The notes under the pieces are model-generated. The model saw only the letters and a list, made by a program, of their open reading frames with translations, did not search any database and was not told where the DNA came from. From a virus (taxonomy: Duplodnaviria; Heunggongvirae; Uroviricota; Caudoviricetes): a stretch of DNA of 23,737 bases. The stretch is taken from positions 1 through 23,737 of the IMG/VR virus record IMGVR_UViG_2740892036_000009; one strand, 5' to 3'. Of the stretch, positions 8,366-17,551 are shown one piece after another (the stretch's first letter is position 1; every line of letters begins with the position of its first letter). The translations under genes and the position numbers were made by a program.

Positions 8366-9448
8366 ATGCTTGGAACTTCATCACAAAGAGCTATTTCAGT
8401 ACAACATGTTGATTTAAATGTAAAGTGTTGGGTCGTTAGACCTGGGATTAAGTATAGATATTTTGCAGACTTCCTTGAACGCAATATGGTTGCTACTGCT
8501 CACTTGGATAGGTTAAGTCCAGATCAAATTGACTTTAATGATGAAATTAACCATGAAAATATTAATCAAAAGGTTGATGGGTTAGATACTATTGGTTCAA
8601 GAAATATTCATACCCAAATTGAAAATTTCCTCATAGATATGCAGGTCGGTGATGTTGTTTTCACTTTGTCAGGTGATATGGTTGTTCCTGGAGTTATTGC
8701 ATCTTCCGCGTATTTTGAGCGTGAATGTTTAGGTAATAATGAAGGGTTTCATGTAAGACGTAGAGTCACATGGGGAGAGCCAGTTCGCAGACGAGAGATT
8801 CCATTAGCTCTTCAGAAATCGTTTACTGCATACCAGACCGTATTCTCTTTGGGCGGGAAGTCAGAAGAAGTACTGCATTGGTTAATGTCATTCTTTATAA
8901 CGGATAATATTTTCTGTACTAGCTTAAGAGTCGAGCAAGCAGAAGCCATTCGGCATCATACTCTTAAGCAGCTGGCTGAGCTGGTCGATAGAGTGCAGGT
9001 ACTTGCGCTATTAATTGGCGAAGAGTTTGATGGCGAGTATACAAACGAAGTTGTTCAGTTTGAGATGGAAAGACTTTCTAATAATGGAGAGTTATCCTTG
9101 ACTGCTCAACAAATGTTGATGTCTCCGGGGGATGTTTGGCTACAATTTAAAACAAATAATAGAAAGGCCGGAATTGCGTTTATGTTAATTATGGGGGCCA
9201 TTTTTAATCATGATGTAGCCTTCGCTTCAACGGTTGATAATCGTATAAGTGAGGAACTTCGATCTCATATTGAAGGGAAAAAAGAGGTTGCAATGGATGG
9301 ATTAAACTTTGATAGAGTTTCTCAAGTTCTAGAGTTGCGTTTAAAAAGACAAAATAGAGGCTTTGTTTCTGCTCGTCCAACGAACCGTGAGATCGGACAG
9401 GGGATCAATTTCCCTGAAGATGGTGATGCGAGGCATGCGAGTGACTAA
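8366..9448 (+). CDS. hypothetical protein, 360 aa from first in-frame ATG (track start 8348 is TTG); cargo gene 1 of a two-gene operon
   Basis: Long uninterrupted ORF in a low-GC island; no catalytic or nucleotide-binding motif recognisable by eye; stop is 2 nt before the next ATG. Confidence 0.55.
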   Translation: MLGTSSQRAISVQHVDLNVKCWVVRPGIKYRYFADFLERNMVATAHLDRLSPDQIDFNDEINHENINQKVDGLDTIGSRNIHTQIENFLIDMQVGDVVFTLSGDMVVPGVIASSAYFERECLGNNEGFHVRRRVTWGEPVRRREIPLALQKSFTAYQTVFSLGGKSEEVLHWLMSFFITDNIFCTSLRVEQAEAIRHHTLKQLAELVDRVQVLALLIGEEFDGEYTNEVVQFEMERLSNNGELSLTAQQMLMSPGDVWLQFKTNNRKAGIAFMLIMGAIFNHDVAFASTVDNRISEELRSHIEGKKEVAMDGLNFDRVSQVLELRLKRQNRGFVSARPTNREIGQGINFPEDGDARHASD

Positions 9449-9450
9449 CT

Positions 9451-10140
9451 ATGAACTTTGAATTTGTAAAAGAACACTGGCTGATAATAGGCATGCTATT
9501 CATAGCATGTCTATTATTAATTTTAAAATTCAAAGATATTTACAGAACACACGATCAGTTTAATAACGTCGTGATGTCATTGTGCGCTGTTTTGACACTT
9601 GTGTGGGGAGGATATACTTTTGATGTTTTGCACCAAAGGGATAAGGCAGAAGCTGATCTTATAGAGTTAAGAAATAGAATTAGAAATACAGAATCGACAT
9701 TTTTTAATGTTGACGTTAATGTTGTTAAAATCGATGATGTGTTTTATATAAAGCCTATTGTAACTATTAGGAATAACAGTAATGAGCGAATTTATGTGAA
9801 GCTTAATAACAAGTCCCTTGCTGTTAGTCGTGTTTTATCGGCCGGTGCAAAGCAAGTCGCTACGGAAGTTTTTTATCCAAATTATTATGAGGAGTTGGCT
9901 GTTCTTAATGAAGAAAGTAGCTCGCAAGGAAAAGCTAAAAATATACCTTTATATGATATATCCGTTCCTATCTCTGCCGAAAGACGCTTGAACTATCTTG
10001 TTTCGACAAAAGAAAAAGGAATGTATTATGTAACATTTAGTGCTGAGGCAATGAACGAAGATGGCTCGCCTGTTTCTAAATACATAAATGGGAAAAAATC
10101 TATATGGTTTTCTTCTTCATATATTGAAGTTAAAGATTGA
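9451..10140 (+). CDS. hypothetical membrane protein, 229 aa, two predicted N-terminal TM helices plus soluble C-terminal domain; cargo gene 2
   Basis: Hydrophobic stretches WLIIGMLFIACLLLIL and VVMSLCAVLTLVWGGYTF; tightly coupled to gene 1; low GC. Confidence 0.55.
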   Translation: MNFEFVKEHWLIIGMLFIACLLLILKFKDIYRTHDQFNNVVMSLCAVLTLVWGGYTFDVLHQRDKAEADLIELRNRIRNTESTFFNVDVNVVKIDDVFYIKPIVTIRNNSNERIYVKLNNKSLAVSRVLSAGAKQVATEVFYPNYYEELAVLNEESSSQGKAKNIPLYDISVPISAERRLNYLVSTKEKGMYYVTFSAEAMNEDGSPVSKYINGKKSIWFSSSYIEVKD

Positions 10141-10207
10141 ATTTCTATTAAACCATATAGTAATTGAAGGTGTTGGGGGTTAATCTTGCCTGGATTGCAT
10201 AGAATCA

Positions 10208-10225
10208 CGCCGTCTGGAGACGGCG
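10208..10225. terminator. inverted repeat CGCCGTCT-GG-AGACGGCG between convergent cargo operon and Q; probable terminator hairpin
   Basis: Perfect 8-bp arms read from sequence, 10 nt beyond the Q stop; no strong U-tract on either strand. Confidence 0.4.
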
Positions 10226-10235
10226 CTAAGGGTAC

Positions 10236-11264
10236 TTAATTAGATTCTAGACTGTAATCTTTAAAGCGGATGACCTCCTGACCGAGCCAGCCGTTTATCT
10301 CGCGGATCCTGTCCTGTAACGGGATAAGCTCATTGCGGACAAAGACCTTTGCCACTTTCTCAATATCACCCAGCGACCCGACGTTCTCCGGCTTGCCCCC
10401 CATCAACTGAAAGGGGATGCGGTGCGCGTCCAGCAGGTCAGCGGCGCTGGCTTTTTTGATATTAAAAAAATCGTCCTTCGTTGCCACTTCACTGAGCGGG
10501 ATAATTTTAATGCCGTCGGCTTTCCCCTGTGGGGCATAGAGAAACAGATTTTTAAAGTTATTGCGGCCTTTCGACTTAACCATGTTTTCGCGAAGCATTT
10601 CGATATCGTTGCGGTCCTGCACGGCATCGGTGACGTACATGATGTATCCGGCATGTGCGCCGTTTTCATAATACTTGCGGCGGAACAGCGTGGCCGACTC
10701 ATTCAGCCAGGCAGAGTTAAGGGCGCTGAGATATTCCGGCAGGCCGTACAGCTCCTGATTGATATCCGGCTCCAGCAGGTGAAATACGGAGCCGGGCGCG
10801 AAGGCTGTCGGTTCGTTGAAGGACGGCACCCACCAGTAAACATCCTCTTCCACCCCACGGCGGGTATATTTTGCCGGTGAGGTTTCCAGTCTGATGACCT
10901 TACCGGTGGTGCTGTAACGCTTTTCCAGAAACGCATTGCCGAACACCAGAAAATCCAGCACAAAGCGGCTGAAATCCTGCTGGGAAAGCCACGGGTGCGG
11001 AATAAACGTTGAAGCCAGAATATTACGTTTGACGTAAATCGGTGAGCTGTGATGTACGGCAGCACGCAGGCTTTTTGCCAGACCGGTAAAGCTGACCGGT
11101 GGCTCATACCATCTGCCGTTACTGATGCACTCGACGTAATCCAGAATGTCACGGCGGTCGAGTACCGGCACCGGTTCACCAAAGGTGAATGCCTCCATTT
11201 TCGGGGCGCTGGCGGTCATTTTTTTTGCCGCTGGTCGCGGTGTTTTCCCTTTTTTCTTGCTCAT
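10236..11264 (-). CDS. Q: portal protein Q, 342 aa
   Basis: Protein matches P2 gpQ-type portal in length and sequence as recalled; start ATG overlaps P stop (ATGA). Confidence 0.85.
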   Translation of the reverse strand: MSKKKGKTPRPAAKKMTASAPKMEAFTFGEPVPVLDRRDILDYVECISNGRWYEPPVSFTGLAKSLRAAVHHSSPIYVKRNILASTFIPHPWLSQQDFSRFVLDFLVFGNAFLEKRYSTTGKVIRLETSPAKYTRRGVEEDVYWWVPSFNEPTAFAPGSVFHLLEPDINQELYGLPEYLSALNSAWLNESATLFRRKYYENGAHAGYIMYVTDAVQDRNDIEMLRENMVKSKGRNNFKNLFLYAPQGKADGIKIIPLSEVATKDDFFNIKKASAADLLDAHRIPFQLMGGKPENVGSLGDIEKVAKVFVRNELIPLQDRIREINGWLGQEVIRFKDYSLESN

Positions 11265-13036
11265 CAGTAAAACTCCAGAATGGTGGATGTCAGCGGAGTG
11301 CTGATACCCGCGGTGAGTGGCTCATTTAACAGGGCGTGCATGGTCGCCCAGGCGAGGTCGGCGTGGCTGGCTTCCTCGCTGCGGCTGGCCTCATAGGTGG
11401 CGCTGCGTCCGCTGCTGGTCATGGTCTTGCGGATAGCCATAAACGAGCTGGTGATGTCGGTGGCGCTGACGTCATATTCCAGACAGCCACGGCGAATAAC
11501 GTCTTTTGCCTTGAGCACCATTGCGGTTTTCATTTCCGGCGTGTAGCGGATATCGCGCGCGGCGGGATAGAACGAGCGCACGAGCTGGAACACGCCGACA
11601 CCGAGGCCGGTGGCATCAATACCGATGTATTCGACGTTGTATTTTTCGGTGAGTTCGCGGATGGATTCAGCCTGGGTGGCAAAGTCCATGCCTTTCCACT
11701 GGTGACGCTCAAGTATTCTGAATTTGCCACCGGCCACCACCGGCGGTGCCAGCACCACGCATCCGGCACTGTCGCCACGGTGTGACGGGTCGTAACCAAT
11801 CCATACCGGACGTGAGCCGAACGGATTGGCGGCAAACGGCGCATAGTCTTCCCATTCTTCCAGCGTGTCGACCATGCAGCGTTGCAGCTCCTCGAACGGG
11901 AACACCGACGCCTTGTCGTCAACAAATTCACACATGAACAGGTTTTTAAAATCGTCGGCGCTGTTTTCGCGTTTAAGCTGCTCAATGTCGAACAGCGTGC
12001 AGCCACCTTTCAGGGCGTCCTCAATGGTGACAATCTGCCGCCACTGGCCGTCCGCACAGAGAAGACCTCCGGCAAGTGCGTTATGACTGACGTCGATTTC
12101 CACGCGTTCGGCGGCGCTGGCGCGTCCCCGGTTGAACAGTTCACCCGACCAGAACGGGTAGGCGTCGTGCGCCAGCGTGGACGGGGTGGAGAAATAGGTC
12201 GAGCGCAGGTGACTCTGTGAGGCCATACCTGATGCCACCTTACGCAGTACCTGAAAATTCGGGATCCAGAAAATCTCGTCGACGTACAGGTCGCCGTTAT
12301 GGCTCTGTGCGGTGTTGGAGTTGGTGCCGAGAAAAATCAGTTTTGCGCCGTTATTGCCCAGGACAATCGGGTCACCGGTAAGGTCAACGTCAACCAGACG
12401 GGCAAAGGCGATGATGTATTCGCGGAACACATACGCCTGCGTTTTACTGGCCGACAGAAAAATCTGGTTATGACCGGTTTTCAGGGCGCGCAGCAGCGCC
12501 TCGCGGGAAAAATAAAACGTCGCGCCAATCTGGCGGGATTTCAGGATATCGCGGATGCGGTGCTCAAGCCCGGCACGATACCAGTGCAGCTGATAGTCGA
12601 AAGACTGCTCAAAGAAAATCTGCTCCAGCTTTTCGATGGCCTCGTCACTGAAAAAATTCTTTTTCGGTTTGCGCCGTCCGCCTTTGTTACGGTTAGCGAC
12701 GTTCGGATTAAGGTCTGCCTCGTTGCCGGTCTGGCTGTAGCGGTTGACCCGTGCCAGTCGTTCAATCTGGCGTCCCAGCAGGTCAATTTCCTTGAAGTCA
12801 CCGCCGGTTTTCTGTGGTTTGATGATGAGCTGGGTCAGCCGCGCTTCCAGACTCATTTCGACACGGCTGATGGGGGCAACACTGTCCCAGCCGTCGCGCT
12901 GTTTCCAGCTCTGCACCGTCGGGCGTTTCATCTGCAACATGGCGGAAATCTGCGGCACGGAAAACCCCTGCCAGTACAGCAGCGCCGCCTGACGACGCGG
13001 GTCGTGTAAAAGAGTGGTGTCTGTGGTGATGGTCAT
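11264..13036 (-). CDS. P: terminase large (ATPase) subunit P, 590 aa from ATG 13036
   Basis: Protein from MTITTDTTLLHDPRRQAALLYWQGFSVPQI... matches P2 gpP as recalled; upstream of Q on the same strand. Confidence 0.85.
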   Translation of the reverse strand: MTITTDTTLLHDPRRQAALLYWQGFSVPQISAMLQMKRPTVQSWKQRDGWDSVAPISRVEMSLEARLTQLIIKPQKTGGDFKEIDLLGRQIERLARVNRYSQTGNEADLNPNVANRNKGGRRKPKKNFFSDEAIEKLEQIFFEQSFDYQLHWYRAGLEHRIRDILKSRQIGATFYFSREALLRALKTGHNQIFLSASKTQAYVFREYIIAFARLVDVDLTGDPIVLGNNGAKLIFLGTNSNTAQSHNGDLYVDEIFWIPNFQVLRKVASGMASQSHLRSTYFSTPSTLAHDAYPFWSGELFNRGRASAAERVEIDVSHNALAGGLLCADGQWRQIVTIEDALKGGCTLFDIEQLKRENSADDFKNLFMCEFVDDKASVFPFEELQRCMVDTLEEWEDYAPFAANPFGSRPVWIGYDPSHRGDSAGCVVLAPPVVAGGKFRILERHQWKGMDFATQAESIRELTEKYNVEYIGIDATGLGVGVFQLVRSFYPAARDIRYTPEMKTAMVLKAKDVIRRGCLEYDVSATDITSSFMAIRKTMTSSGRSATYEASRSEEASHADLAWATMHALLNEPLTAGISTPLTSTILEFY

Positions 13037-13209
13037 GAATACCTCGCCGTGATGAATACACGGCAAGGCTACTGAGTCGCGCCCCGCGATTCGCTAAGGT
13101 GCTGTTGTGTCAGTGATAAGCCATCCGGGACTGATGGCGGAGGATGCGCATCGTCGGGAAACTGATGCCGACATGTGACTCCTCTAATCACTATTCAGGA
13201 CTCCTGACA
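13037..13209. promoter_or_regulatory. divergent late promoter region (PP leftward, PO rightward); contains decamer TGTTGTGTCA at 13103-13112
   Basis: Intergenic region between divergent P and O as in P2, where Ogr-dependent late promoters lie; decamer recurs upstream of V. Confidence 0.4.
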
Positions 13210-14064
13210 ATGGCAAAAAAAGTCTCAAAATTCTTTCGTATCGGCGTTGAGGGTGACACCTGTGACGGGCGTGTCATCAGTGCGCAGGATATTCAGGAAA
13301 TGGCCGAAACCTTTGACCCGCGAGTCTATGGTTGCCGCATTAACCTGGAACATCTGCGCGGCATCCTGCCTGACGGTATTTTTAAGCGTTATGGCGATGT
13401 GGCCGAACTGAAGGCCGAAAAGATTGACGATGATTCGGCGCTGAAAGGCAAATGGGCGCTGTTTGCGAAAATCACCCCGACCGATGACCTTATCGCGATG
13501 AACAAGGCCGCGCAGAAGGTCTACACCTCAATGGAAATTCAGCCGAACTTTGCCAACACCGGCAAATGTTATCTGGTGGGTCTGGCCGTCACCGATGACC
13601 CGGCAAGCCTCGGCACGGAATACCTGGAATTCTGCCGCACGGCAAAACACAACCCCCTGAACCGCTTCAAATTAAGCCCTGAAAACCTGATTTCAGTGGC
13701 AACGCCTGTTGAGCTGGAATTTGAAGACCTGCCTGAAACCGTGTTCACCGCCCTGACCGAAAAGGTGAAATCCATTTTTGGCCGCAAACAGGCCAGCGAT
13801 GATGCCCGTCTGAATGATGTGCATGAAGCGGTGACCGCTGTTGCTGAACATGTGCAGGAAAAACTGAGCGCCACTGAGCAGCGACTCGCTGAGATGGAAA
13901 CCGCCTTTTCCGCACTTAAGCAGGATGTGACTGACAGGGCGGATGAAACCAGCCAGGCATTCACCCGCCTGAAAAACAGTCTCGACAGCACCGAAAGTCT
14001 GACCCAGCAGCGCCGCAGTAAAGCCACCGGCGGTGGCGGTGATGCCCTGCTGACGAACTGCTGA
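13210..14064 (+). CDS. O: capsid scaffolding protein O, 284 aa
   Basis: MAKKVSKFFRIGVEGDTCDGRV... matches P2 gpO as recalled; AGGA SD. Confidence 0.85.
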   Translation: MAKKVSKFFRIGVEGDTCDGRVISAQDIQEMAETFDPRVYGCRINLEHLRGILPDGIFKRYGDVAELKAEKIDDDSALKGKWALFAKITPTDDLIAMNKAAQKVYTSMEIQPNFANTGKCYLVGLAVTDDPASLGTEYLEFCRTAKHNPLNRFKLSPENLISVATPVELEFEDLPETVFTALTEKVKSIFGRKQASDDARLNDVHEAVTAVAEHVQEKLSATEQRLAEMETAFSALKQDVTDRADETSQAFTRLKNSLDSTESLTQQRRSKATGGGGDALLTNC

Positions 14065-14122
14065 CCGGCGTCAGTCAGTCCGGGAAAACCTTCACGATTA
14101 ACCCTTAATTTCAGGAAAAACT

Positions 14123-15196
14123 ATGCGCCAGGAAACCCGCTTTAAATTTAATGCCTACCTGTCCCGTGTTGCCGAACTGAACGGCATCGACGCCGGTGAT
14201 GTGTCGAAAAAATTCACCGTTGAACCGTCGGTCACCCAGACCCTGATGAACACCATGCAGGAGTCCTCTGACTTTCTGACCAGCATCAACATTGTGCCGG
14301 TCAGCGAAATGAAAGGGGAAAAAATTGGCATCGGTGTCACCGGCTCCATCGCCAGCACCACCGACACCGCCGGTGGCACCGAGCGTCAGCCGAAGGACTT
14401 CTCGAAGCTGGCGTCAAACAAGTACGAATGCGACCAGATTAATTTCGATTTTTATATCCGCTACAAAACGCTGGACCTGTGGGCGCGTTATCAGGATTTC
14501 CAGCTCCGTGTCCGTAACGCCATTATCAAACGCCAGTCCCTTGATTTCATCATGGCCGGTTTTAACGGCGTGAGGCGTGCCGAAACCTCTGACCGCAGCA
14601 GCAATCCGATGCTGCAGGATGTGGCGGTCGGCTGGCTGCAGAAATACCGCAATGAAGCCCCGGCGCGCGTGATGAGCAAGGTCACTGACGAGGAAGGGCA
14701 CACCACCTCTGAGGTTATCCGCGTGGGTAAGGGCGGTGATTATGCCAGCCTTGACGCACTGGTGATGGATGCGACCAACAACCTGATTGAGCCGTGGTAT
14801 CAGGAAGACCCTGACCTTGTGGTGATTGTGGGACGTCAGCTACTGGCGGACAAGTATTTTCCCATCGTCAACAAGGAGCAGGACAACAGCGAAATGCTGG
14901 CCGCTGACGTCATCATCAGCCAGAAACGCATCGGTAACCTGCCGGCGGTACGCGTCCCGTACTTCCCGGCGGATGCGATGCTCATCACAAAGCTGGAAAA
15001 CCTGTCCATCTACTACATGGATGACAGCCATCGCCGCGTGATTGAGGAAAACCCGAAACTCGACCGCGTGGAGAACTACGAGTCAATGAACATTGATTAC
15101 GTGGTGGAAGACTACGCCGCCGGTTGTCTGGTGGAAAAAATTAAGGTCGGTGATTTCTCCACACTGGCTAAAGCGACCGCAGAGCCGGGAGCGTAA
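14123..15196 (+). CDS. N: major capsid protein N, 357 aa
   Basis: Matches P2 gpN as recalled; AGGAAA SD; conserved O-N-M order. Confidence 0.9.
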   Translation: MRQETRFKFNAYLSRVAELNGIDAGDVSKKFTVEPSVTQTLMNTMQESSDFLTSINIVPVSEMKGEKIGIGVTGSIASTTDTAGGTERQPKDFSKLASNKYECDQINFDFYIRYKTLDLWARYQDFQLRVRNAIIKRQSLDFIMAGFNGVRRAETSDRSSNPMLQDVAVGWLQKYRNEAPARVMSKVTDEEGHTTSEVIRVGKGGDYASLDALVMDATNNLIEPWYQEDPDLVVIVGRQLLADKYFPIVNKEQDNSEMLAADVIISQKRIGNLPAVRVPYFPADAMLITKLENLSIYYMDDSHRRVIEENPKLDRVENYESMNIDYVVEDYAAGCLVEKIKVGDFSTLAKATAEPGA

Positions 15197-15199
15197 CCG

Positions 15200-15943
15200 A
15201 TGACGAGTCCCGCACAGCGCCACATGATGCGGGTCTCGGCAGCGATGACCGCGCAGCGGGAAGCCGCCCCGCTGCGACATGCAACTGTCTATGAGCAGAT
15301 GCTGGTTAAGCTCGCCGCAGACCAGCGCACACTGAAAGCGATTTATTCAAAAGAGCTGAAGGCCGCGAAAAAACGCGAACTGCTGCCGTTCTGGTTGCCG
15401 TGGGTGAACGGCGTGCTGGAGCAGGGCAAAGGTGCACAGGATGACATTCTGATGACGGTCATGCTGTGGCGTCTGGATACCGGCGATATTGCCGGTGCGC
15501 TGGAGATTGCCCGTTATGCCCTGAAGTACGGTCTGACCATGCCGGGTAAACACCGCCGTACCCCGCCGTACATGTTCACCGAGGAGGTAGCGCTTGCGGC
15601 CATGCGCGCTCACGCTGCCGGTGAGTCTGTGGATACCCGCCTGCTGACGGAGACCCTTGAACTGACCGCCACGGCTGACATGCCTGATGAAGTGCGCGCA
15701 AAGCTGCACAAAATCACCGGTCTGTTTCTGCGTGACGGTGGTGATGCCGCCGGTGCGCTGGCTCACCTGCAACGTGCGACACAGCTCGACTGTCAGGCAG
15801 GCGTCAAAAAAGAGATTGAACGACTGGAGCGGGAGCTGAAACCGAAGCCGGAGCCGCAGCCCAAAGCGGCCACCCGCGCCCCGCGTAAGATCCGGAGCGT
15901 GACACCGGCAAAACGTGGACGCCCGAAAAAGAAAGCCAGTTAA
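15200..15943 (+). CDS. M: terminase small (endonuclease) subunit M, 247 aa
   Basis: MTSPAQRHMMRVSAAMTAQREAAPLRH... matches P2 gpM as recalled. Confidence 0.85.
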   Translation: MTSPAQRHMMRVSAAMTAQREAAPLRHATVYEQMLVKLAADQRTLKAIYSKELKAAKKRELLPFWLPWVNGVLEQGKGAQDDILMTVMLWRLDTGDIAGALEIARYALKYGLTMPGKHRRTPPYMFTEEVALAAMRAHAAGESVDTRLLTETLELTATADMPDEVRAKLHKITGLFLRDGGDAAGALAHLQRATQLDCQAGVKKEIERLERELKPKPEPQPKAATRAPRKIRSVTPAKRGRPKKKAS

Positions 15944-16042
15944 CAACCGAATGCGCCCCGCGCCAGGGCGGCACGCCGGTCAGTGAGGGTGAATCACCTG
16001 ACACTGCACCGGCGTCCACCGCCCGACTTTTCAGAGGTAGTC

Positions 16043-16552
16043 ATGATGACGCTGATTATTCCGCGAAAGGAGGCTCCCGTGTCCGGTGAGGGTACGGTGG
16101 TCATCCCGCAACCGGCAGGCGACGAGCCGGTGATTAAAAACACGTTCTTTTTTCCCGATATCGACCCGAAGCGCGTCCGGGAACGTATGCGCCTTGAGCA
16201 GACCGTCGCCCCCGCCCGTCTGCGTGAGGCCATCAAGTCAGGCATGGCGGAGACGAATGCGGAGCTGTACGAGTACCGCGAACAGAAAATTGCCGCCGGT
16301 TTTACGCGTCTGGCGGACGTCCCGGCGGACGACATCGACGGTGAAAGCATCAAAGTTTTTTACTACGAGCGCGCCGTGTGTGCGATGGCGACCGCATCGC
16401 TTTATGAGCGTTATCGCGGCGTGGATGCCAGTGCGAAAGGCGACAAGAAGGCCGACAGCATTGACAGCACCATTGATGAGCTGTGGCGGGATATGCGCTG
16501 GGCAGTGGCGCGAATCCAGGACAAGCCGCGCTGCATTGTGAGTCAAATCTGA
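16043..16552 (+). CDS. L: head completion/stabilisation protein L, 169 aa
   Basis: MMTLIIPRKEAPVSGEGTVVIPQ... from ATG 16043 with GAGG SD (track start 15983 is GTG upstream). Confidence 0.8.
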   Translation: MMTLIIPRKEAPVSGEGTVVIPQPAGDEPVIKNTFFFPDIDPKRVRERMRLEQTVAPARLREAIKSGMAETNAELYEYREQKIAAGFTRLADVPADDIDGESIKVFYYERAVCAMATASLYERYRGVDASAKGDKKADSIDSTIDELWRDMRWAVARIQDKPRCIVSQI

Positions 16553-16755
16553 TGAAGACCTTTGCGCTACAGGGCGACACGCTCGACGCCATTTGTGTCC
16601 GGTATTACGGGCGCACTGAGGGCGTGGTTGAGACCGTGCTCGCCGCAAATCCGGGACTGGCTGAACTGGGCGCGGTGCTGCCACACGGCACCGCCGTCGA
16701 ACTGCCCGACGTTCAGACCGCGCCCGTGGCTGAAACTGTCAATCTGTGGGAGTAA
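16552..16755 (+). CDS. X: tail protein X (LysM-like), 67 aa
   Basis: MKTFALQGDTLDAICVRYYG... ; ATG overlaps L stop (TGATG). Confidence 0.7.
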   Translation: MKTFALQGDTLDAICVRYYGRTEGVVETVLAANPGLAELGAVLPHGTAVELPDVQTAPVAETVNLWE

Positions 16756-16758
16756 CGC

Positions 16759-17040
16759 ATGACAGCAGAAGAAAAAAGCGTCCTGTCGCTTTTCATGATT
16801 GGGGTGCTGATTGTTGTCGGCAAGGTGCTTGCCGGTGGTGAACCAATCACCCCGCGTCTGTTTATCGGGCGCATGTTGCTCGGTGGTTTTGTCTCGATGG
16901 TTGCCGGTGTTGTTCTGGTGCAGTTTCCTGACCTGTCACTGCCTGCGGTGTGCGGCATCGGCTCCATGCTGGGTATCGCCGGCTATCAGGTGATTGAGAT
17001 TGCCATTCAGCGCCGTTTTAAGGGCAGGGGGAAACCGTAA
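16759..17040 (+). CDS. Y: holin Y, 93 aa
   Basis: Hydrophobic TM segments; position before the endolysin; GGGAG SD. Confidence 0.75.
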   Translation: MTAEEKSVLSLFMIGVLIVVGKVLAGGEPITPRLFIGRMLLGGFVSMVAGVVLVQFPDLSLPAVCGIGSMLGIAGYQVIEIAIQRRFKGRGKP

Positions 17041-17537
17041 TGCCGGTAATTAACACGCATCAGAATATCGCCGCCTTTCTCGACATGCTGGCCGTGTCCG
17101 AAGGGACGGCAAACCATCCGCTGACGAAAAACCGGGGCTATGACGTGATAGTCACCGGACTGGACGGGAAGCCGGAAATTTTCACCGACTACAGTGACCA
17201 CCCGTTCGCGCATGGCCGACCGGCGAAGGTGTTTAACCGTCGCGGTGAAAAATCCACGGCCTCCGGTCGCTATCAGCAGCTTTACCTGTTCTGGCCGCAT
17301 TACCGCAAACAGCTTGCCCTGCCGGATTTCAGTCCGTTGTCACAGGACAGACTCGCCATTCAGTTGATCCGCGAACGCGGTGCGCTGGATGACATCCGGG
17401 CGGGACGCATTGAGCGCGCCATTTCACGCTGTCGCAATATCTGGGCGTCCCTGCCGGGTGCCGGTTACGGTCAGCGTGAGCATTCACTGGAAAAACTGGT
17501 CACCGTCTGGCGTACCGCCGGCGGCGTACCGGCTTAA
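17040..17537 (+). CDS. K: endolysin K (lysozyme), 165 aa
   Basis: Matches P2 gpK-type lysozyme as recalled; ATG overlaps Y stop (TAATG). Confidence 0.8.
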   Translation: MPVINTHQNIAAFLDMLAVSEGTANHPLTKNRGYDVIVTGLDGKPEIFTDYSDHPFAHGRPAKVFNRRGEKSTASGRYQQLYLFWPHYRKQLALPDFSPLSQDRLAIQLIRERGALDDIRAGRIERAISRCRNIWASLPGAGYGQREHSLEKLVTVWRTAGGVPA

Positions 17538-17551
17538 ACGGAGTAAATAAC

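Noticed and set aside
8366-9448. Possible Walker A (P-loop) in cargo gene 1 at SLGGKSEE
   Set aside because: Spacing does not fit G-x4-GK[ST]; no supporting Walker B was seen.
10403-11182. Overlapping ORFs of 99, 152 and 159 aa
   Set aside because: Alternative frames within portal gene Q.
11336-13009. Several plus-strand ORFs (149, 63, 73, 112, 236, 82 aa) and nested minus-strand ORFs
   Set aside because: All lie inside and antisense to or out of frame with terminase gene P, which is a confident full-length P2 gpP match; GC-rich sequence produces long spurious frames.
13037-13209. Exact Ogr-site dyad TGT-N12-ACA in the late promoter regions
   Set aside because: I could not find an exact TGT-N12-ACA with correct spacing in either the P/O or the V upstream region; only the shared decamer is reported.
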